Assembly: GCA_028534125.1 (NCBI GenBank)
Contig: CM052818.1
Coordinates: 29,886,001 to 29,950,000, forward strand
Direction of reading: 5' to 3'
Source of the DNA: Lama glama
Lineage: Eukaryota
Length of the DNA: 64,000 nucleotides
Part shown: positions 28,328 through 40,047 of the stretch, piece by piece
Position numbering within the stretch: the stretch's first letter is position 1
Layout: each line of letters opens with the position of its first letter
Notes under the pieces: generated by a model
The model's database searches: none
What the model saw: only the letters and a program-made list of their open reading frames with translations
What the model was told of the DNA's origin: nothing
Position numbers and translations under genes: made by a program

Positions 28328-28445
28328 TATATATATATATGTATGTATGTTCATGTATAACTGAAAAATTGTGCTCTACACTGGAATTTGACACAACATT
28401 GTAAAATGACTATAACTCAATAAAAAATGTTTAAAAAAAAAGAAA
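28328..28445 (+). mobile_element. Short young L1 3' stub
   Basis: gtataactgaaaaattgtgctctacactggaatttgacacaacattgtaaaatgactataactcaataaaaaa plus A-tail. Confidence 0.8.
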
Positions 28446-31289
28446 TAAAATGTATTAATAGGTAAAATGTTGGGTCCATAATACGTGAAGTGTATATACT
28501 ACACAGTTCCTGCTCTTACAGAATTTCAAATCTGGAAGATAAGGAACACATATAACAATAGTATACAGCAAGCATTCTCTGAGCACTTATATGTTCCACG
28601 CTTGAAGCTAAGGGTATTACATACATTATCTCCTTTATTCCACACAACCCTAGGAGATATGATTCATGACCCTGCTGTTTCTTATTTTAGAGTTCTTCTC
28701 TTAATCATGATATAAAAAAATATGGTAACACAAGGTGATAAGACAATGTACCAAATGAATCCGCAAAGATTTAAACAATATGAAAATCTAATGGAGAGGA
28801 GATCTATTTACAGTTTTCCACATAAAGAATGTCGAAATTCTCCCTTAAAAGAAGAAACAGATATATATCCATATATATCTAAGACAATATGAGTATCAAA
28901 TAGAGAATGAGTAAGTATTGGTTTAGCAGTCAGATTCTAATTTATTTCTCTAAATACCTGAGATGAAAAGATGGGAGGGTAACAGCCTAGTAACATGGTA
29001 ACTGAAATGAGATGACTGTCAATACTAATTACATATACAAAAGGGGTTACTTGGCATTCACCAAGGAGGTATCCAGCAGGTCACTTCATCCATCCCTCCA
29101 TAACATCCCTGCCAAACTATTCCTCACAAATGATGCCAGTGACAAGGTCAGTATTTCCTAAAGCAGTTCACAAGAATGAAAGCATAATGAATGAAGGGAC
29201 GATACACTTACACTGTTCAAAGATTGAGAATCAGTTTTCTATCATTTAAGCTGAAAGGGAAGTGATATTGACTGCATGCCTCCTCTGCTTAGCACTGGGG
29301 GTTTTACATGTTGTGTTAATTCTCACAGGGCTGATATTAACCCCATTTAATTCACTAGAAAACTGAGCTTGGACAGCTTATTGACTAGTCACCTCAGTTT
29401 GACTAGTTAAATGGCAAAGCCAGAATTTGAATTCAAACTTGTTGGGAAAAGGGGAGGAGGGAGTTGGCAGAGGAAGGACAAAGATGTTGAGACGATGTTA
29501 CAAAACCTGATCTACTTTATCACCTCGTAATCTGAGAGAAACCTATAGCTACGAAACAGACATTCTTTGTCTCACTGTGAACTGAAATTAAAATGAAAGA
29601 AAGAGAACGTTTTTCTATATACTACCAGGCTTTAATGAAGAGACTAAATCAATATGTACATATCTTACTTCAAAAGGCAGATGGGCATCCAAATGTGAAC
29701 TTCTCACTGTGAAAATTCTTCCACAGATTTCCTCCATGCAAACCAAACTCAAGAAAAGCTGGATCTGATGATACTCAATACTATCAGTGAGCACTTCTTC
29801 TTTTTAGAGTTTCTTTTCTTCTGTCTGCCCATTTTTCCTGAGTGTCTAGCCATCACTTGCAGAAATATAACCTCCTATGATCTTAGCACAATTCGCAAAT
29901 GACAATGACAGTAATCTTCTCTAAAGGTTCTGGATGCAAACATATATTAAGGGATGTGATGCTGGGCCAAGGTTTTTTAACATCCTCTCTCAAATATCAC
30001 AAAATGGTCATTTCTGTATTTAAGGAGATCTGCTATGTTGTGATTGCTCATAAAGGTCTAAAGAAGACTGTCAAATTTAAACTGTTCTGATAACATGTAA
30101 GTCACATAAATGCCCAAGGCCAGATGTCTGTATCTCTCTTCCCTTCTACCTACCACTTACCTACCTACCGCACATATATGTAAGTATACGTGTGTGTGTG
30201 TGTGAATCTGTGTGTGAATATATACTTATACACACACACACATTTAGTACAATTAGTTTTGATCTTGTACTTCAGTGCTTTTTCTGCATTTCTTATGTGT
30301 TCAAGGTCAAAGATTGTCAGAAAAGTCAGGAGATAGATACTAATTTTTTTTTTTAAGAATTAGTTTAATCTTTAGATTCTAACAGCATGACTGATTACTC
30401 TCTCAACAACACTTTTAAGAAGTTGGATTTAAAATTTTTAATATATTTTTGGGTTAATGATTGTGCAGGAAACAAAATAAGGAATACTCAAAGAGCAAAA
30501 ACTAAAGGAAAACTACAACCTTAGGAATTAAGCACATATTCTGCCGTATTCTGCCCTGAAGCTACCTACCAAACCCTTGGGGACCTTAAAATCCTATTCT
30601 GATGGCTGCAAGGAGCACTGAAGACAAAAGATGAGGCCTGGACCCTAAAATCTGAAGTACAGGATTGCTCAATTTCTTAAATATATAGGATATTCATGAA
30701 CAAAACTGATCAAATATGCCCTAGCTAAAGCCATTTAGCTGATTTCCATGGCTCTTCAGATAACAACAAAATTCCTAAGCACGCCCTCTCATGTCCTACC
30801 CAGTCCTGGACCTCCATCTCCCACACTGTCCTCTCTGCTCCAATCACAATGACCTTACTTCAGATTCTCAGACCATCTCGCTCATGCCACACAGCCTTTA
30901 ATGGTTCACATAGGCACTTTCTTCTGGCATCAAAGTCTCCAAAGTCAGCTGTGTATCAAGACTAACTTGTTGCTCACTTACAAGATACTGCTTATCTTCA
31001 CTTATTATAGGCCCCAAATCCCTTATCTGCAACACTGAGATCAAATAAATCCCTGCAAACCTAAAGTGTATTTGCAGTTTTTTTTAGGGGTAAAAGATCT
31101 GAACTGACCTCATTTGGCAGCAAAATTTGACATGAACGGTTGGGTAGAACTAGCCCTCCAGAAGGTAGCAAAGGATAGAGGAAATAAGAGTGCAAGTAAG
31201 ATAAGGAATATAAGCTTTTGCTGCTTAGGGGAACCTGGGGCTCCTGTTCGCTTCAGCTAATTTTTAAAGCCTACCTTCTAGGATTAAAA

Positions 31290-34005
31290 TATGGCAGAAG
31301 ATTGAAAATAGTCCAAAGGTCTCACATCTATCAACAGAAGACCAGGTGACTAAATTATAAAACACTCATATACTGGAATACTAGACAGTTGTTAAAGCAA
31401 AATGATCTTCAGGATATATTAAGTAAAGCAAAGTGTCAGTGTGTGCATATATCTCTGTGTATATTATATTTTGTAAATGTTAAAAAAAAAAAAGGAAAGG
31501 AGAAAACCAAAAGGCAAAAACACTAGAAAAATAAACCAAGAATTAATAAAACCATTAGCTAATAAAGGGAAAGAGAGAGAAGAGAGTAAAAGGGAGACAG
31601 AGATGGATGGAAAACTTCTTGAACAGCCCTTGTTACAGAGTTTTGGCTCTGGAATCATGTAATTGCTTTATATATTCCAAAAATAAATCAAGAAGAAAAA
31701 AGCAATACCTAAAAATTGAAAACAAATGGAAAAATAAAATTCTAACTATATAACAAGTTACTGACAAGGGAAAGAATTATTTCAAGTGTCTTTAAAACAT
31801 TTTGACTTAGAGCATAGTACACATCCTTAATGTAATATATTCTAAGGGCAAATAGAGCAGGAAAGAAAGAACAGAGCTTTATTCAATTGTCTTATTATAA
31901 GTAGGAATGCTGGCATTGTTTTGAAACTTTTATATACACAATAAAGCAAGTAAGTAATTATGTTTATACTGTTAGGAATAAGATTTTCAGTTTAAGAAAA
32001 TAAGGAGATATATATATGAAATTAAAGATACTGACACACTGAAAGGTTAAATTTTAATTGGAGCTCCTTGATCAAGGTCAGGGACTTGGCAAGCATGTTT
32101 GCTGGATCCTGGTCTAAATGGGGATTCAACCAGCATGTTTGCCAGGAGCAAAGCCTCCAAAAGGGCCTCAGTGGAGTGCACGCCTAAGTTGGAGACATGA
32201 GTTATGCTTTCCCCAAACCAGAACTAGTGACTTGACCAAAGACTCAGCCAGCATGTTTGCAAGATCCAGGGCTCACTCAGGGGGTTTGCTGAGGCTGGGG
32301 ATCAGTCAGAGACTAGAGCATGTTTGCTGGGGCTGGGGTCTGACTCAACAGGTGTGCTCAACAGGGCCAGGGATTTAACCAATAGATTCAGGTCAATGAT
32401 GAAGTCCTGTGCTCTGTCAGGTCAGGGCCAAGGGAGCAGACTGCACGGTAGAGGCTAGAGTTGAAGAGACAGTCTGCATGGCTGGGAGATTGATTACACA
32501 CAGGAAGACTGTACAAGTTCTTATAATGAGGTTAATGGGGAGCTTGATTTTTCACTGTCAAAGAAGGGAGTTACAAATTTGGAAGAGAGAAGACTAAAAT
32601 AAACCCTGTGATATTGAACTGGAATTGGAAATGATGTAAATCCATGGTTTTTAATACATACAGAAATAGACACAGATGTACACAAGTACTTATATATACA
32701 CATATTCATACTTTCTAGCTATGTCTGTTGAAAGACTTTAAAAGGAACCAGAGCTCCTTGGAGTAATTACTGATTCCAGGGCTGGAGCAAGTAAACACAA
32801 AATGAGGCTAAAACATCTTCTTATGTCAGAAAATAAAGTGCTCAAAGATATGTGGAAAGAGCACAGAAGCCAATTTGAACAAACTCCCACTGGCCAAATC
32901 TGGGATAATCTGATCATCAATATAATTAGAGTAACAAATAATAATCTACTGAATGAATTAGGAATCTGTGAGCTCATACTAATATCAATTTATAAATGCA
33001 TAATTTTAAAGTTTAGTGTGGAATAGGAGATTTACACAGTCTCTATGTACATCACCATAAAACACTAATTAATTATAAAAAATAAAAATCAAAAACTGGA
33101 AGCAACCCAAATTTCCATCAACAGATGAATGGACAAACTGGTATTTCCATATAATGGAACACTACTCAGCAATCAAAAGGAATGAACTATTGTTATATGT
33201 CACAATATGGATGAGTCAAAATAATTATGCTGAGTGAAAGAAGCCAGGTCCCCTGCCAAAAAAAAAACCCAAAAAAGACAGAGAGAGAGAGTAGACTGTA
33301 TGAATCCATTTTTATAAAATTCTAGGAAATGGAAATTTATATATAGTGACAGAAGGCAAACCAGTGCTGGCCTGAAGAGGCCACAAGGAAGCTTTTGAGG
33401 GCAAAGTATATGTTCATTATTTCAACTGTGATGGTTTCATGGGTGTAAACATACACCCAAGCTTTACAAATTGGACTTTATAAGTATGGTTAGTTTACTG
33501 TATGTTAATCATATCTCAATAAAAAAAGTTGTTTTTGAAATAAAAATACAAATAAAGAGAAAATGGATAACTCTGTAGTAAAGAAGACTCACAAAAACCA
33601 CCTTAATCAAGTGACCAAAGTATCACCAGTAATGGGACAAATTGAAATCATATGCCATCTGCTAGGATGCAATGAGAAAGATACAGCATGACTTCTGTGA
33701 CAGTCCTGGATTGAAAGAGACTAAACCTAACACTTGATTCTGGACTGGATCATTTTGCTATAAAGGACATTTTGGGGATGACTGGCAAATCTTGAATGGC
33801 AGTAATTAAATGTGAGTAATGTTAGCAATGTTAATTTCCTAACATTGATGGTTATATAGGAAAATGTCTTCGTAGGAAAAACACCCTAAAATATGCAAGA
33901 GTGATGGGGCATCAAGTCAGCAACTTATTCTTAAATGATTTCAGAAAGAGAAAAAGTCCTTTGTACCATATTTGCAATTTTTCTAAAGGTTTATGTTTTT
34001 AAAAA
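31290..34005 (+). mobile_element. L1MC-like 3' region with a nested L1 3' end (~33085-33530)
   Basis: aaaaggaaccagagctccttggag...gattccagggctggagca...ctcccactggccaaa; nested aactggaagcaacccaaat...caataaaaaa. Confidence 0.75.
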
Positions 34006-37000
34006 AACAGTCCAAAATATTAGCAATTAAAGAAAAACAACTAAGAACATACCATGCCTTTCCTACGAAATTAAAATTTAATGCTATCACATAGCCCTGG
34101 TTGATGAGAATGAGTTCTTGTTTACAAAAGAATTCTCGGGGAAAAAACAAAAAGAAGAAATGACTGAATTATAAAATCACTAGATAAGTACTTAAGGTTA
34201 ATAGACAGATTGCACTCTCAGAGCCAAATGCAGCCCAGTCGCCTAGGTAAAATGCCAACCAAATGGCAACTTCATAAGACCCTGAACAGTTGGATGGAGG
34301 GTGTCCATCATAAGCCATGAAGACCAGGGAGACACACACACAGACAGGAAAGGGCCGGCCAACTCTAACTCACTTCCTCTAAAAAAAAATCCTCTTCTCC
34401 CTGAACTCCATCTTCCCAAGCTCGTTTCCTAATGTTGCCCCCTCTGATTTTTCCATCCTTTTCCTGCCTCTTTCCCCATTTCAACTATTTCTTCCATCTT
34501 ATAATTTTAATCAGTATCTACTGAGTTATTATGTATCTCTGGAATTGTGCTAGGTCCTACAGAAAAGTTCAAGCCCTACTCTTCCCTAAAAAGGAGATGG
34601 GGGAGAAGCAGCAGGGAGAGAAGACACATGTGGCCAGGGGCTGCTACACTGGACAGCACAACTCTAGCTAGCAGTTGCAAGTGACAGAATAGAAGGTTTT
34701 TTTAATTACCAAAAGGAAGCAATTTGTAACCGACCTAAACAATGGAATGGGCTCCCTCTCAAAGTAATCTCAAGAAAGCCCAAGGAAAGAGGAGATAACT
34801 TTTCTGGACACAATTTTCCAACAGACTCCAGCATTAGGATGAGTGGGAAGCTGGCCTACAAAGAATCACATTATTTTACACCTGGAAAGGATTCAAAGAT
34901 CATCTTTACACAGAAGGAAACCTTGATTGGAAGTCAGACAAGTTCCCTAAAGTCATGCAGGGTGTCAGAGGCAGAACAGAGACTGAAAGTCAGATCTTAA
35001 AACACTATGTTCTGTTACCTATCTTGATTGGGACAATTTCACAAGTGTATACATATGTAAAATGTCACCAATTGTACACTTTAAATATGAGTCTTACTGC
35101 AGGTTAACTACACTTCAAAAAAGCACACAGACCCACTACTATACTTCCCTATGCCAAGTCTTCAGTTCTATCTCATAGAGTTGTTGTAAGGAATAAACTA
35201 GTTAACATATTTAAAGACTTAGAACAGTGCTTGGTATAGAGTAAGCACTCCTGAAATGTAAACCGCATTATCACTATTAAGATGTTAGGATTCTGCCCTA
35301 ATGATCAGTTTGGAGAAATGTAATGAAAAGAAGACTGAGCAGGATTTGGGGTCAGAAACTCCAGATCATAGTTCTTGTTCTTGGACAATCTCTTTGAGTC
35401 TCAATTCTCTGTAAAATAAGTGAGTTAGCTGCACAAGATAATCTCTAAAGGGGCTTTCCAAACTAAAGATTTCAGACATGGACTAGGATCAGAGTTGTAG
35501 GAATGGAAAAGAAGGATGCATATAGAACCCTTAGGGAAGAATTGATAAGATTTAAGAACTGGCTAGATATGCAGAATGATGGAAAACTATGAACACAAAG
35601 GTTTGAGCTTTGGATAACTCAAGTTTAAATAAAAAAAGCATGTTGACCCAACAGACATTTACTTATTATTTTAATAAATTAGTAGGTTCTACATGGAAAT
35701 GAATATTCATGACCTTCTGGACCAAAATGTCAAAGAGTACATTTAAAATGTATGATAAAACCAAAATCTCTTCTCATGAGGTTTTTTTAATGCTATATTA
35801 AAGTGAAATCCCTATAGATTCATATGGATAACTATAATAAGTATATTTAGTATATTTAATGACATTGATTCCAAAGTATTGAATTGATTTAAAAAAATCA
35901 ATGCATACATCAGTCACCAAGAAACTATCTCTTGAAGAACTATTTCAATGTGGAAACCATCTAAGCCTAGAGTCACAGAGCTGCCTGTAGATGTTACAGT
36001 GGAATCTCGGACAAAGCATTTTAACCTGTTTTCTCTTAAACAGTGACTTCTTCATAAGCCCATCTTCAAATATCAAAACCTCAGTATTACATCTCATGCA
36101 CTAAATGGAACATGTTTTCAGTACCAGATGCCACAATAAATGACTGTATGTCCTTAACCAGTCTTCAGAGAATCATGGTTTCATTAGTATGATATTCAAA
36201 AGAGTGCCTTAAAGTGCACTGAGGAGCAGACTTTTCAAGATTCTAACTCACTCTTTTCATAGATGTGATCAGTCCACCAAAGTTATGCTGACATTCTGAT
36301 GGGCTCTATTCCACTACACTGCACTGATGTAACATTCCTGGACAAAAACATAAAGATCACAGTTGCTTATGTTTCGTAGACTGAAAAAAAAATCTTGCCA
36401 ACTTTTTGATGATCCTTCAAGGGCAACATTTCAAATATAATATTCTTCTCTGGATAGTGAGCAATATTTCAGTTGTAACTGACTGCCTGGTCAACATTTG
36501 GGTCAAATCCCAGAACATTTTTAAAAATAAAATTGTTTATGAAATGTTGCAGTTTAAGGCTATCTGCAGACTTATTTAGACATAGCCAGAATGGACCAAT
36601 TTATGACTAGATAAAATGAAAAATGTCGTTAATTAGCCTAGAACAGCAACATAAAAAATTCTTAGTTGCAAGGCATAGCAAATGATATGCTGAAATACAC
36701 TGCAGAAAAGAACTGAGACCACTTGGGGAATGAGTCACATTTTCCAGATATCCTAGTTAACCATTTCTGTTTAGGAACTAAATTCTACCTCTTGGAATTC
36801 TCTCTAAAACACGTCATATGGTTCCTATCTCTTAAAATTGTACATAAAAAAGGGGTTTTTTTCTTTTCTTAATACTTAAGGGTCATCATTATGAATACTA
36901 GTCACTGAGATGTGGTAAAGGTGTAGCCATAAATGTAGATTTATGTAATATAGGATAAAGAGAAGAAATATGGCTTTGCCTAAAGCAATTGCATCAACCT

Positions 37001-37277
37001 TGATTTCCTTTACAAAAAAAGAAAGAAAAACTCCCAATGACACCTTGTTTTTGGTTCATTTACCAATTTTCTCTAAGAGTATAATGAAACATAGAAATCA
37101 ATATAATATGCTACATAGCATAACGTAATGACCTTTTTACAAAGTTAAATAGTGGGCTGAATCCTGATGCCATCTCCTTGCAAATGCTTTCACTATATTC
37201 TGGAAAAATCAACTTATTTTCCCATTAATATCAGTAACATTCAACTCATTCCTGGCTTTTAAAATTTCACCCAGTTT

Positions 37278-37478
37278 TGATTTGCAGACACACACTACTA
37301 TATATAAAACAGATAAACAACAAGGTCCTACTGTACAGCACAGGGAACTATACTCAATAGCATGTAGTAACCGATAATGAAAAAGTATATAGATATATGT
37401 GTGTATAACTGAATCACCACGCTGTACACCAGAGACTAACACAACATTGTAAATGGGCTGTATTTCAATTAAAAAATC
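37278..37478 (+). mobile_element. L1 3' end (artiodactyl-type)
   Basis: gataaacaacaaggtcctactgtacagcacagggaactata...gctgtacaccagagactaacacaacattgtaaat. Confidence 0.88.
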
Positions 37479-37500
37479 AAATGAAATAAGTAATGGTAAA

Positions 37501-37527
<27 letters not shown>
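37501..37527 (+). repeat. (AC)13 microsatellite
   Basis: Perfect dinucleotide run. Confidence 0.95.
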
Positions 37528-37531
<4 letters not shown>

Positions 37532-38222
37532 TGACCCAGTTTCATGAACTAGTAGCTTATCCCAACTCCTCCTTCTCCCTTGCACTGTTTGTTTATGGAA
37601 TGTATCTCACTTCATTTTAAAAATATGAGATGGCATGAATGGGGGAAGATTTAGTCTACACATTTTTCATGTTACTAAAAATAGAAAGTAGACAATGATG
37701 TCTGCTAAATTGGGCATCAGGTCTTAATTTTCTCCAAGTCCCACCTCATATTTCACTTTGAAAAGAACTCCACACCTAGGCAATGCCATTATGAGAAGAT
37801 TCAAGGTCCCATATAGTATCTGGGTAGGATTAATTTTTTCATAACTTCTGCAATATTTCGCTTTTTGAAAAACTCTTGTATAGAAGTTAACTCTGATAAA
37901 AACTGCTATCGAGATCAAGGCTAAATAAAGGGAGTTCTGCAACTTCTCCCTTAAAAAGTGAATGTAGAAAAGGCTCAATAAATGTTGGCTATCACTATTC
38001 AACAAATATGTAATATTTATTATTTTCTAGGCACTTTGCTAAGCAGAAACAAGTGAAAAGTCAGCCCTCAAGGAGCTCAAAGCCTAGAGAGTTGCTACAG
38101 TCCTAATGAAAATATAGGAAAATACAGATGGTTCAATAGCCTAAATATGCTCATAAAAGTCTTTTGTAATCCAAAAAGCATTAAGCTAAAGACTTTTGCA
38201 GGAAAAAGAAATATTGCTTTTT

Positions 38223-38320
38223 GGGGGAGGGTCTAGCTCAGTGGTGGAGCACATGCTTAGCATGCACTAGGTCCTGGGTTCAATCCCCAGTACCTCCATT
38301 AAAAAACACATATATACATA
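38223..38320 (+). mobile_element. tRNA-derived SINE (camelid family, short form)
   Basis: gggggagggtctagctcagtggtggagc...gggttcaatccccagtacctcc. Confidence 0.88.
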
Positions 38321-39944
38321 TATGTAGTTTTTCAGTTCTGTTACTTCATTGTATCATTGTAGATGTACTGAAATATCACTGCATAGAAAAGCAAACTAAC
38401 ATTTAATAAAGCAATCTGCTACCATATGTCAGATTTAAATCTCATAGCAGAACAAATATTCTTTTACATATACAAGGTTTAAGCTCACAACATATATATA
38501 TATATTTATGTACAAATCTGATCTAATAAACCCTTGCTTGTTCCACAGCCATACATTATCTAAAATCCTGAACAAATATAAACTAAGTCCAGGTATAAAC
38601 AACAGAAATGAATCAATTATACTGACTGAATAATATTTTCCTTACTTATTCATTTTAAATCATGCATAGATGTTCATTTTATCTAAGATTAACATGTGTA
38701 TATGTATTTCTGTCTTAGATCAAAATAAAACTTGAGAAACTAGTTTCTAGCTTAGTAATATATTACTGCACAAATTAACGTCCTGTCTAGTGTATTGTGA
38801 CCTAGCTTGTTACTATACAGATGTATCTTCAAAGGAAACAGACTCTAGAAACGTACAGGAGCTTCAAGTACACACCCCTCCCCACACACACACACACCCC
38901 CCACACACGAGCTACCTTACACCTTCATGCGTGTGCTTCCTCAATCAAGCGCAGATCACTGCTTCTCCACCCACAGTGATGCTAACCACCCCCCAACCCT
39001 ATACACACATGTGCACACATATACACAATGACTCCATACTCCCACCATGTGAAAGCAACACAGCCTTTGGAAACAGGTACACCTAACATCAGATCCCTTC
39101 TCTGAAACTCAGAAGTTCATTTCCAAATCTAAGTTCATTTGTGTTCTGTATTCCTTCACTGCAAAAGAACTTGTTTTTGTTTTGTTTGGCAACTTTTCCC
39201 AGAAATAGTCATTCTGAAATCCCAGGGAAATCGAAGTATCCAAGATTTCTTCCCTTTCTCAAAATGCTTCCCTAAAAAACATAAGGGGTATCTGCAGCAA
39301 AGGCATTTTACATGGGTGTGTGGTTTATGATTATTTGGCAAATTTTACTTTTATATTCTAGGCACAATTCTATATGTACATTATATATTACAGTAAAAAA
39401 TAAAACAAAATGCAAACATGCCTCTCTACCCAATGTCCTCCTCAGTAAAATGTATTTTCTACCAAAAGTTAAAAAAAATCTGAATCCTTTCTTCATGTAC
39501 TCAATAGGGTATAAGATAATTTCCTATTCTGCATGTAACAATTTACTCCAGTTCAAATTAGTTACGAATTTGTTTTAATAAAGGGAGTTTACATTTGTTT
39601 CTAATGAGGCTTCTTGTATTCAAGAACAGAGAAAATACTTAAATACCTTCAAGTAATCTGTGATAAAATCATGGTGACCTGCATAGAACAAATCACTCTT
39701 TTTAAGTAGGTAATATAAATAACAGTGATTGCCTTTTTAAAAATTTAAAGACAAAAAAGAAATCCTATAATCTGACATCCTAATCATTTGTGATATTCCA
39801 AATCCAGAAAGAATGGAGAAAAAAAGAAACCACCTCAAACAAAAAGTTACAATCAGCTGTCAAGGAATAAATTTAAAAGGAATGCCTCAGCTAAGAAAAT
39901 AGAAAGGCGCTACATGATCGCAGCAAACAAAACCTGCTACATAC

Positions 39945-40047
39945 CCTGACCAACACAGTCTTCCGCAAGGGCAAAAAGCTTAGGAGAACGTTCCTCAAGC
40001 AACTGCTGGTGAATAGTCACACATCTCAAAGTCCACCACGGCAAGCT
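39945..40047 (-). CDS. TTC27: TTC27 coding exon 5 ([34 protein letters not shown])
   Basis: Acceptor tttctag|, donor G|gtatgt, 103 nt, WWTLR...HQ.LLEERS motif. Confidence 0.97.

Noticed and set aside
32092..32327. CRISPR-like repeat-spacer pattern
   Set aside because: Repeats are only 11 nt, irregularly spaced, and sit in a mammalian L1 context.
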